From a bacterium (GTDB taxonomy: Bacteria > Patescibacteriota > Dojkabacteria > SC72): a stretch of DNA of 64,000 nucleotides. Position 1 is the stretch's first letter; each line of letters opens with the position of its first letter. Positions 55,743-64,000 of the stretch are shown piece by piece. Position numbers and translations under genes: made by a program. The notes below the pieces were generated by a model. The model was given only the letters and a program-made list of their open reading frames with translations, did no database searches and was not told where the DNA came from. The stretch spans positions 2,516 through 66,515 of the forward strand of contig JALHDC010000001.1 in assembly GCA_022840695.1 (NCBI GenBank), read 5' to 3'.

Positions 55743-55780
55743 ACAAAAAGTATATCATATTTGTATCTTTTAGAAAGCTT

Positions 55781-57463
55781 TTAGATTACTGCAACAAGGA
55801 TGATTGGTTCTCTTTCTGTTTTTTTGAATATCAACTTGCTTAACTGCTTCTCGATATTTTGAACGAGGATCTTTTCTTCGAATTTACCTTCTTTTAGTGA
55901 CTTTTTCTCCCAATCCCTATGTATATCGAAGATGAGATTTTGTATTTCTTTTAGTAATGATTGAGAGCTTTTTAGATATACGAAACCTCTTGAGATAAAT
56001 CTTGGTTTTCCAATAATCTTTTTATTTTTTGAACTCAAATTTAATACTACAGAAAACATCCCGTATTCTGAAAGTTGTTTTCTATCTTTTAATACAACAT
56101 CTCCTATATCTCCTACTCCTAAACCATCTATTAAGATTGGTTTTGATTCAACCTTCTTACCTTTATTCCAATAATAGCCGTCATAATTCCAAATTTGACC
56201 ATCTTCTGTTAAAAAAACCCTATTTTTATCAAAACCCCATTTAATTAAATTCTTTTTATGGAAATATCTGAATGTTAATGAACCGTGTACGGGCATGATG
56301 TATTTAGGTTGAACCATCTCTAGCATCATTTTTAAATCTTCCTGATTTCCATGTCCTGTTGAATGGACCTTAGTGTCTACATCATCCTTTATTAGATCCA
56401 CTCCGAAATCCAATATTCTATCAGTCATCCTTTCTATGGTCGTGATGTTCTCTGGAATTTCCGAAGAAGAAAGGATAACTAAATCACCTCTCTTTAATTT
56501 TATGTATTTATGTTCATTGAGAGAAATTCTATTTAATACTGCAAATCTTTCTCCTTGGCTTCCAGTACATAGTATCAAAAGCTCGTTGTCTGAATATTTG
56601 TTTATATCTCTCTCTTTTATTAAGAATTTGTCTTCTATGGTTATATATCTTTTTTCTCTAGCAATAGCTATTGCTTGATCAAGGCTTCTTCCGGATATTA
56701 ATATCTTTCTATTAGTTTTTTTTGCAATTTCTATAAGAGAATATAGTCTGGTAATCAAAGAAGAAAAAGCAGAAACAATTACTCTACCATTATGTTTAGA
56801 TATTATTTCCTCTAAATTCTTTGATATTTCAGTCTCAGATGGAGCTTTTCCAGGTGTTGATACATTAGTACTTTCCATTAGTGCTAAATCTATCTTTCCT
56901 CGTAGACCTCTAAGTTTTTCATAATCACTTTGTGGCTCATTTGCTGGTTCCTTGTCTATTTTAAAATCTCCTGAAAAGAAGATATTTCCTTTTGGAGTTT
57001 CTAAAAATATTGAAAAAGCATCTGGAATACTATGATTAATTCCTATAAAGGTTGCCTTGAAATTTCTTCCTATATTAATTCGTGATTTTCTATCTACCTC
57101 ATATATCTTAACCTTGTTTTCCATTTTATATTCTTTCATTTTTGCCTCAATTAAGGCTTTTGCAAAACCTCCCGCATATATTGGGGGATAGTTCAATTCA
57201 GGCAGTATCCACTTTAAAGCTCCAGTATGATCTAAATGACCATGTGTTATTAATATGGCCTTTACCTTCTGTTTATTTTGTCTGAGATATTTTATATTTG
57301 GTATTAAATAATCAATACCGTACATCTCGTGTCCAGGGAATGAGTACCCTGCATCTATCATAACTATTTCATCACCGTACTGAACAAAATTTGAATTTCT
57401 TCCAATCTCTGACGTTCCGGAAAGTGTACATAGTTGTAACATTTCTTTTCTATTATCTTTCAT
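55781..57463 (-). CDS. rnj: Ribonuclease J
   Basis: EIGRN, THGHLDHTG, HSIPD, GDFKID, MESTN, TGSQGE, HSTGH, PVHG. Confidence 0.95.
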   Translation of the reverse strand: MKDNRKEMLQLCTLSGTSEIGRNSNFVQYGDEIVMIDAGYSFPGHEMYGIDYLIPNIKYLRQNKQKVKAILITHGHLDHTGALKWILPELNYPPIYAGGFAKALIEAKMKEYKMENKVKIYEVDRKSRINIGRNFKATFIGINHSIPDAFSIFLETPKGNIFFSGDFKIDKEPANEPQSDYEKLRGLRGKIDLALMESTNVSTPGKAPSETEISKNLEEIISKHNGRVIVSAFSSLITRLYSLIEIAKKTNRKILISGRSLDQAIAIAREKRYITIEDKFLIKERDINKYSDNELLILCTGSQGERFAVLNRISLNEHKYIKLKRGDLVILSSSEIPENITTIERMTDRILDFGVDLIKDDVDTKVHSTGHGNQEDLKMMLEMVQPKYIMPVHGSLTFRYFHKKNLIKWGFDKNRVFLTEDGQIWNYDGYYWNKGKKVESKPILIDGLGVGDIGDVVLKDRKQLSEYGMFSVVLNLSSKNKKIIGKPRFISRGFVYLKSSQSLLKEIQNLIFDIHRDWEKKSLKEGKFEEKILVQNIEKQLSKLIFKKTEREPIILVAVI

Positions 57464-57587
57464 CTTTTATCTAATTATATTATCTATACCCTCTTCAAAC
57501 CATTATACAGGTTTCGAAGAAGATCTGTTTTGGGAAGGGGAAATCTTTAAGATATGTATATTCTATCACAGAGATCGTTATATGACC

Positions 57588-57675
57588 AGGGTCGGACGAG
57601 GGTCAGGCCTCCTCCTTCCGTAGGGTTGTGCTACCAAAGCTTTTGGAAAAGGGGGACAGAGGAGGGTCAGACCCC
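57588..57675. repeat. Two REP-like motif copies between rnj and valS
   Basis: 57652..57674 (GGGGACAGAGGAGGGTCAGACCC) is 22/23 identical to 20821..20843; 57588..57611 is a degenerate direct copy (18/24). Confidence 0.7.
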
Positions 57676-57710
57676 AAAGGGGATTGTGATATAATTGGGA
57701 TTATTGATAT

Positions 57711-59963
57711 ATGAAGGAAGAATTACCAAAATCATACAATTCGGATGTGGAAGTTGAGATATATTCTCTTTGGGAGGGTTCTGGCCTTTCAAATCCAGAT
57801 AATATGGCAAAATATCTTAAAGAAGCTGGATATGATGTTAAAAAACCCTTTACCATAACTCTTCCTCCTCCTAATGCTAATGGGAATCTTCATTTGGGAC
57901 ATGTATGTGGGTATTCTTTTCATGATGTGATGGGTCGATATATGAGAATGACTGGACATCCCACCCTACTTCTTCCTGGAAAAGATCATGCTGGGATACA
58001 AACAGAGAGTGTTTTTACAAAGATTCTGGAAAAGGAAGGAAAAAGTAAAAGTGAAATGGGAAGAGAGGAATTTTTTAGAAGAAGTTATGAATTTTGTACA
58101 GAGAATGCAAAAAATGCAAGAGAACAAGAGAAGAGGATTGGTCTCTCAGCAGATTATAGTAGAGAGTTTTTCACTTTAGATCCTAGATTGACGAAAATTG
58201 TTTATGAAACATTTTATAAAATGTTTGAAGAAGGGTTGGTATATAGGGATAAAAGGATAATTAATCAATGTCCGAATTGCCATACTGCATTGGCAGATGT
58301 TGATACTGAGCATGAAGAAAGAAGGGGAATATTCGCATATATTAAATATCCAATTGTTGGGAAAGATAAAGAATATATTACTGTTGCAACCACTAGACCG
58401 GAAACTATGCTTGGAGATACTGCAGTTGCAGTTAATCCAAACGATGAGAGGTATAAGGATTTGGTTGGGAAAAAGGTAATATTGCCAATAGCTAATAGAG
58501 AAATTCCAGTAATAGCAGATGAAAGTATTGATATGGAGTTAGGGACAGGGGCTCTTAAGGTAACACCAGCTCATTCTCCAATAGATTTCGAGTTAGGTAA
58601 AAGGTATGGTCTTGAGGTTCGTAATGTTATTAATGAAAATGCCAAGATGGAGGGAGATATTCCTGAACGATTTAAAGGTATGGGTACAATAGAATGTTCC
58701 AAAGCCTTATGCGAAGAATTAGAAAAAGAAGGATTATTGGAAAAAATAGAGAATATTAAGCATGATGTCATGATTTGTGAGAGGTGTAAAACTCTTATAG
58801 AGCCAATAATTTCTAATCAATGGTATTTAGATGTAAAACCTCTTGCTGATAAAGCTTTGGAAGAGATAAGGAAGGGCAATATTAAGGTTATTCCAATTGG
58901 ACAACAGAAAGCTTTAGAACATTTTTATGAAAATATTGAACCTTGGTGTATATCTAGACAATTATGGTGGGGCCAAAGAATTCCTGTTTGGTACAGTGGA
59001 GGAAAGAAATTATATGATTGGTTACAGGAAAATGAAGGAAAAGGTGTGGATGATTATGAAAATGAGACTGGAGAAGAAGCTACAGGTACAGGAAAGATTC
59101 ATTTAGGAGAGGAACAACCAAATGTAGAGAATAATGAAATATGGGAACAGGATGAGGATGTTTTTGATACATGGTTTAGTTCGGGACAGTGGCCTTTCTC
59201 AACCTTAGGTGGGCCAGAGGGAGAGGATTTTAAAAAATACTACCCTACTCAAGTAATGACTCATGCTAGAGACATTCTTTTCTGGTGGTCAGCAAGAATG
59301 ATAATGATGGGAATATATAAAACTGGAGAAGTTCCGTATAACACGGTATTTCTTACCGGTATGATCTTGGCTGCAGATGGCTCTAAGATGTCAAAGAGCA
59401 AAGGGAATGGTGTTGAGCCAAAGGAAATCTTTGAAAAGTATGGAGCAGATTCTTTAAGAATGTGGTATTACTCGGATGCTCTACCCGGATCTAATGCACC
59501 ATTGAGGGAGGAAAAGATAAAGGGGAATAGAAATTTTGTTAATAAAATATGGAATGCCAGTAGATTTATAGTAATGAATATAGATGATAAAGAAATGGGG
59601 GAAATTTCAAATTTTAAGATTACCGAAAGTGAAAGAATTAACATAACAAAAGATCATATAGGTAAGGTGAGTAGGTATATGGAGAAGTATCAATTTAACT
59701 TAGGGGCGGAGGCCATTAGGGAGTTCTTCTGGCATCAGTTATGTGATGTATGGATAGAGGAAATAAAGAATGATATTAAGGATGAAGGGATAGGTAGTGA
59801 AAAGAGAATAAAATCGTTATCAGAATTGTTGTATATATTGAAAGAAAATCTAAAGATAATGCATCCATTTGTACCTTTTGTTACCGAAGCTGTATGGCAA
59901 GAGCTAGTAAAGTTAGGTTTGGCTGATGGTATATTAATGTCTCAGCAAATGATGTCCCATTAG
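57711..59963 (+). CDS. valS: Valine--tRNA ligase (lacks the C-terminal coiled-coil arm)
   Basis: PPPNANGNLHLGH, ATTRPET, WCISRQLWWG, DTWFSS, KMSKS. Confidence 0.96.
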   Translation: MKEELPKSYNSDVEVEIYSLWEGSGLSNPDNMAKYLKEAGYDVKKPFTITLPPPNANGNLHLGHVCGYSFHDVMGRYMRMTGHPTLLLPGKDHAGIQTESVFTKILEKEGKSKSEMGREEFFRRSYEFCTENAKNAREQEKRIGLSADYSREFFTLDPRLTKIVYETFYKMFEEGLVYRDKRIINQCPNCHTALADVDTEHEERRGIFAYIKYPIVGKDKEYITVATTRPETMLGDTAVAVNPNDERYKDLVGKKVILPIANREIPVIADESIDMELGTGALKVTPAHSPIDFELGKRYGLEVRNVINENAKMEGDIPERFKGMGTIECSKALCEELEKEGLLEKIENIKHDVMICERCKTLIEPIISNQWYLDVKPLADKALEEIRKGNIKVIPIGQQKALEHFYENIEPWCISRQLWWGQRIPVWYSGGKKLYDWLQENEGKGVDDYENETGEEATGTGKIHLGEEQPNVENNEIWEQDEDVFDTWFSSGQWPFSTLGGPEGEDFKKYYPTQVMTHARDILFWWSARMIMMGIYKTGEVPYNTVFLTGMILAADGSKMSKSKGNGVEPKEIFEKYGADSLRMWYYSDALPGSNAPLREEKIKGNRNFVNKIWNASRFIVMNIDDKEMGEISNFKITESERINITKDHIGKVSRYMEKYQFNLGAEAIREFFWHQLCDVWIEEIKNDIKDEGIGSEKRIKSLSELLYILKENLKIMHPFVPFVTEAVWQELVKLGLADGILMSQQMMSH

Positions 59964-60049
59964 GGACATATATTTCTCACTATAACGAAATAAGTATATA
60001 ATCTAAGCATAGATTATATTTTTAATCTAATTTTGAAACTGAACTATTA

Positions 60050-61495
60050 ATGAATAATAAAAAACTATACATAACAACTACTCTCCCCTATGTTAATGCT
60101 GAACCACACATCGGTCATGCCTTAGAATTTGTACAGGCAGATGCAATATCTAGATATTTTAAACAAAAATTGGGTAGGGATAATGTTTTTTTTAATGTTG
60201 GAACAGATGAACATGGACAAAAGATGCTAGAACATGCAAAAAAAGAGGGATTAGATGTTAAAGATTTTGTAGATAAGTACTCTCAAAGATTCAAAGACTA
60301 CTGTAAACTATTTTTTGTTGAATATGACAGTTTTTATAGAACTTCTAACAAAGAACATCATAAAGCTGCTCAGGAATTTTGGAAAAGATGTGAAGAGAAT
60401 GGAGATATATACAAGAAAAAATACAGTGGGTGGTATTGTGTAGGGTGTGAGAGATTTATTACAGAAAAGGAATTGGTTGATGGCAAATGCCCTGACCATG
60501 CCAAAGTTCCCGAGCTTAAGGAGGAGGAAAACTACTTTTTTAAGTTATCTAAATATAAAGATTCATTACTGAATTGGTTAGATGAAAATCCTGATGTATT
60601 AAAGCCTAAGAGTAAATTGCAGGAGTTAAAGGGGATAATTGCAGATATAGAAGATATTAGTATTTCTAGATTAAGAGAGAATCTTCCATGGGGAATAGAG
60701 GTTCCAAACGATCCAGAACAGGTTCTTTATGTTTGGTTTGATGCATTAACCAATTATGTAAATGTATTAGGTTTTGGCAGTGATGAAAAGAGATTAAATG
60801 AATGGTGGCCAGGAATTCAACTATTTGGTCCTGATAATTTAAGATTTCAAGGTTGTATCTGGCAAGGAATGTTGGCATCCATTGGATTACCACATACTCA
60901 AAAGCTTTTAGAACACGGAATGATTTTAGGACCAGATGGAAGAAAAATGGCTAAAACATTAGGTAATGTAATATCTCCATTTGATCAAGAAGAAAAGTAT
61001 GGAGCTGAAATAGTTAGATTCTACCTTCTAACAGGTATAGTTACCTATGGGGACAGCCCCTACAAGGAGGATGATTTAGTTAATATGTATAATTCAAGAT
61101 TAGCTAATAATTTTGGAAACCTACTTAACAGAGTAATACATCTTTCAAATAGTAGAGAGGTAGAAATTAATGACGAATCTAAGATTGAGAAAGATTTTAA
61201 GGATAAGGTTGATCAGTATGAGGGTGAGATACAAAAACTGTATGAAGATTATGAAATAGCTCTTGCAGGAGAGAAAATAGATTCTTTAGCAGATTGGGGG
61301 AATAAATATATTACCGAAAAGGAGCCTTGGAGTAAGGATATGGACAAGGAGAATGTTCAGAATATCTTAAATAACCTTAGTTATCTACTAAGTATAGTCA
61401 TTAAGTACTACATTCCCATAATTCCTGTCAGTTGTGAAAAAGCCAAGGAGGCATTAGAGAAAAAAGAGACAATAATACTGTTTAATAAGATTTAG
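60050..61495 (+). CDS. metG: Methionine--tRNA ligase (short form)
   Basis: YVNAEPHIGH, GTDEHGQK, YCVGCE...CPDH, YVWFDAL, KMAKT. Confidence 0.95.
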   Translation: MNNKKLYITTTLPYVNAEPHIGHALEFVQADAISRYFKQKLGRDNVFFNVGTDEHGQKMLEHAKKEGLDVKDFVDKYSQRFKDYCKLFFVEYDSFYRTSNKEHHKAAQEFWKRCEENGDIYKKKYSGWYCVGCERFITEKELVDGKCPDHAKVPELKEEENYFFKLSKYKDSLLNWLDENPDVLKPKSKLQELKGIIADIEDISISRLRENLPWGIEVPNDPEQVLYVWFDALTNYVNVLGFGSDEKRLNEWWPGIQLFGPDNLRFQGCIWQGMLASIGLPHTQKLLEHGMILGPDGRKMAKTLGNVISPFDQEEKYGAEIVRFYLLTGIVTYGDSPYKEDDLVNMYNSRLANNFGNLLNRVIHLSNSREVEINDESKIEKDFKDKVDQYEGEIQKLYEDYEIALAGEKIDSLADWGNKYITEKEPWSKDMDKENVQNILNNLSYLLSIVIKYYIPIIPVSCEKAKEALEKKETIILFNKI

Positions 61496-61546
61496 TATAT
61501 TTAAATATATGCTATACTAAAATTATTAAAAAGATAAAACTGCCTA

Positions 61547-62104
61547 ATGTTTAAAACGGATAAACAACCAAAATCCATTAATTTCTTAGATGCACTATAT
61601 TCTCCTAATGATCTTTGGGCAAATGCATATGTTTGGCTTGTTAATATAGGAAAATATCTTCTGATATTTGTTCAAGTTGTGGTTTTGATTGTTTTTTTCT
61701 CTAGGTTTGTACTAGATAGAAAAAATAATGACCTTACAGAGGAGATTAATAATAAGGTTGTATTGTTATCCAATGAAAATTGGAAGAAGAATTCTGCTCT
61801 TTTTGAAAACTACCAATCTCTTTTACTAGACAGTAAAAAAGTTAGAGAAGGTCAGCAAATTAACTCCACAGTAGTTAGTGAGTTAATAAATGGTGTCCCC
61901 TCTTCGCTTAAGTTAGAAAATTTTACCTTTAATGAGGGAAAGGTTTCTTTTCATTTAACAACATCAAATTTAGATGCTGTTAATAATTATGAATCTGCTT
62001 TGAAAAATAACCCTAACTATTACGATGTTAGATTTTCTATTAGTAAAGATAGGACAGAGGTTAGTGTAAGAGTTACCTTTAATCTTTATCCTGCAACAAA
62101 ATAA
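61547..62104 (+). CDS. pilN: PilN-like type IV pilus assembly protein
   Basis: INFL motif, TM, coiled coil and a C-terminal alpha/beta domain; adjacent to a PilO-like gene. Confidence 0.6.
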   Translation: MFKTDKQPKSINFLDALYSPNDLWANAYVWLVNIGKYLLIFVQVVVLIVFFSRFVLDRKNNDLTEEINNKVVLLSNENWKKNSALFENYQSLLLDSKKVREGQQINSTVVSELINGVPSSLKLENFTFNEGKVSFHLTTSNLDAVNNYESALKNNPNYYDVRFSISKDRTEVSVRVTFNLYPATK

Positions 62105-62718
62105 TGAAGGAAAAGAATATTAATACAACAGAATATATCAAAATTATTAAAGAATCTCCTGAAAAGAAGAAGTCATATATATTTTTTGGATTTTCGGTAT
62201 TTGTAATGATAATTTTAATCGCATTTGCAATTAGACCAACGATTTTGACTATAACGAGGATAAATAAAGAAATAAAAGAGAAGAGTACAGTTAATTCTCT
62301 CTTAAAAAAGAAGATAGAAACTTTGAGTGAATTAGATAAACAGTATGCTACAGAAAGAAAGAATTTTGATAATTTAGAATTAATATTTCCAGCAGATGGG
62401 AATTTCAGTCTATTTATGTCAAATATAGATGCAGTAGCTGCTAGAAATGGTTTTGCTTTAATGGCTGTTAATTTTGATAATTACAAAGGAGATAGTTTTA
62501 ATGTTGCTACAAAGGTCTTGGTCCCAAAGGCAGTGAGATTAAGTATCAAGGGGAAGGATTCTAATCTGATCAACCTACTCCGAGATTTAGAGGCATTACC
62601 AATGTATCCCGTGGTTGAGTCAGTATCATTCTCTACCCAAAGGGATAAGGATAATTTGAATTCATTTAGTTTGAATTTAAGAATATACAATATAGAGAAT
62701 AATAATTTTTACAAATAG
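62104..62718 (+). CDS. pilO: PilO-like type IV pilus assembly protein
   Basis: TM FAIRP, coiled coil, LIFP and LSIKG...LLRDLEALP pattern. Confidence 0.65.
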   Translation: MKEKNINTTEYIKIIKESPEKKKSYIFFGFSVFVMIILIAFAIRPTILTITRINKEIKEKSTVNSLLKKKIETLSELDKQYATERKNFDNLELIFPADGNFSLFMSNIDAVAARNGFALMAVNFDNYKGDSFNVATKVLVPKAVRLSIKGKDSNLINLLRDLEALPMYPVVESVSFSTQRDKDNLNSFSLNLRIYNIENNNFYK

Positions 62719-62722
62719 AGGT

Positions 62723-62965
62723 ATGGATATAATTAAAAAATCTATGTTTGTTTTAATACTCCTTTTGGTAGTTGTTTTAGCCTGGATAGGTTCTTCTATA
62801 TATTTTCAAAATAGTAATATAGATATAAATCCTAATGCTAATTCATACACAAGTCAGATTAAAAACCAATTTGATTTAGCAGAATTAGAAATGATAACAG
62901 AGAGAACAGGTAAAAGTTTTCCTGTTTCTCCTGAAGAATTTCTTTCTTTAATAGGTAGAGATTAG
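62723..62965 (+). CDS. Small membrane-anchored protein in the pilNO cluster
   Basis: 80 aa with an N-terminal TM segment. Confidence 0.6.
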   Translation: MDIIKKSMFVLILLLVVVLAWIGSSIYFQNSNIDINPNANSYTSQIKNQFDLAELEMITERTGKSFPVSPEEFLSLIGRD

Positions 62966-64000
62966 TCTATATAGTCGTCTAACTTCTGTTGTGCAGACTT
63001 TTCCTTTAGCTTCTTTAATGCTTTTGCTTCTATCTGTCTTATTCTTTCTCTAGTTACTCCGAATTCTTTCCCAACTTCCTCCAATGTTCTAGATACACCA
63101 TCATCTAAACCAAATCTTAATGAAAGCACTCGTCTTTCTCTGTCTTGTAGACTATCAAGAATCTCATGTAACTGATTCTTTAAATATTCTCCTGTTGCAT
63201 AATCTTCTGGAGACTGTGACCAATCATCTGGGATAATATCTTGTAATTTACTATCTTTCTCCTCTCCTATTGGAGTTGCGAGTGATGTAGGATTCTGTTT
63301 AATTTTTCTTATCTCAGCAATCTTTTCTATCTCTATATCCATCTCTTTTGCAATTTCCTCATCTGTAGCAGGTCTTCCCAGTTTTGTAGCCAATGTATTA
63401 CTGACTTTATTAAACTTGTTTATTGTTTCGATCATATGTACAGGGACTCTGATAGTTCTTGCTTGATCAGCAATAGCTCTTGTAATAGCTTGTCTAATCC
63501 ACCATGTAGCATATGTAGAAAACTTAAAACCTTTTTTATAATCAAACTTCTCTACTGCTCTCATTAAACCTATATTTCCCTCCTGTATGAGGTCTAAGAG
63601 TTCTAAATTACTCTTACTGTATTTCTTTGCTATACTTACAACCAATCTTAGGTTTGCAGTAATTAATAGTTGTGATGCTTCGTTATCTCCTTTTTCTATT
63701 CTTTTTGCTAATATTACTTCTTCCTCACCTGTGAGTAATGGAATTCTCCCTATTTCATAAAGATATGATCGTATTGCATCTGTTGATATATTGGTCTGTA
63801 TATTTTTTAGGATTCGGATTTTTCCTTCAAGTGTTAGTTCCTCTTTTGCATTAGTCTCGATATCATCCTCTGGTTCTAAAACCTCTATCTCATTTTCTTG
63901 TAACTTTTCAAAAATTTCATCCAGAAGTTCGATATCTTCCTCTATTGTAGGAAAAACATCTAAAAGATCCTCTTGTGTAAGGAAACCTCTTTCTTTTCCC
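62962..64000 (-). CDS. rpoD: Primary sigma factor RpoD/SigA (5' end is outside the window)
   Basis: Frame open to the edge ([13 protein letters not shown], region 1.1), [53 protein letters not shown]. Confidence 0.97.
   Translation of the reverse strand, partial: GKERGFLTQEDLLDVFPTIEEDIELLDEIFEKLQENEIEVLEPEDDIETNAKEELTLEGKIRILKNIQTNISTDAIRSYLYEIGRIPLLTGEEEVILAKRIEKGDNEASQLLITANLRLVVSIAKKYSKSNLELLDLIQEGNIGLMRAVEKFDYKKGFKFSTYATWWIRQAITRAIADQARTIRVPVHMIETINKFNKVSNTLATKLGRPATDEEIAKEMDIEIEKIAEIRKIKQNPTSLATPIGEEKDSKLQDIIPDDWSQSPEDYATGEYLKNQLHEILDSLQDRERRVLSLRFGLDDGVSRTLEEVGKEFGVTRERIRQIEAKALKKLKEKSAQQKLDDYID

Noticed and set aside
57464-57710. T-box leader upstream of valS
   Set aside because: There is no GGTGGNACCGCG T-box motif or terminator, and the -10 element lies close to the ATG; the GC-rich part is explained by the REP-like repeat.
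5202-62690. Numerous 60-160 aa antisense ORFs overlapping ligase, polA, ftsH, the ATPase, helicase, ftsA, rnj, valS and others
   Set aside because: They lie entirely opposite well-supported genes, have no recognisable motifs, and have the Ser/Phe/Leu-rich composition typical of antisense frames.
1-64000. CRISPR array, DGR/reverse transcriptase, rRNA, prophage or recoded genetic code
   Set aside because: No regularly spaced repeats, RT motifs, rRNA signatures or phage structural cluster were seen. Long genes translate intact with the standard bacterial code.

Overview
A low-GC, gene-dense chromosomal window that spans the replication origin. It contains dnaN-oriC-dnaA and the rpmH-rnpA-yidD-yidC-jag cluster, with DnaA boxes and DnaA-trio-like repeats. 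The gene content points to a Patescibacteria/CPR bacterium, possibly Dojkabacteria-like (inference): a VirB2-like pilin array, a TraD/VirD4-like ATPase, an ATP-dependent DNA ligase, an FtsA next to a baseplate-J-like gene, and tRNA-Ile(UAU). Housekeeping genes include polA, ftsH, efp, smpB, ssrA, nfo, valS, metG, rnj, rpoD and 7 tRNAs. The most notable observations are: (1) a surface-protein locus at the left edge, where two otherwise dissimilar membrane-anchored genes share an 83/90-nt identical 5' cassette and are coupled to an unlisted, Cys-rich secreted protein with an internal codon-bias switch; (2) two oppositely oriented paralogs carrying a ~39-bp inverted repeat that could invert a ~2.4-kb segment; (3) a ClpP-like gene on an islet bounded by an 18-bp duplication of a tRNA-Ser 3' end; (4) a REP/MITE-like repeat family; (5) a tmRNA with an apparent 30-aa tag; (6) tRNA-Ile(UAU); (7) many apparently leaderless genes; (8) a pacifastin/VWC-like mini-protein; and (9) a triple-frameshifted baseplate-J-like gene. 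No CRISPR array, rRNA, transposase or prophage was seen. All calls come from reading motifs by eye; no database searches were run.
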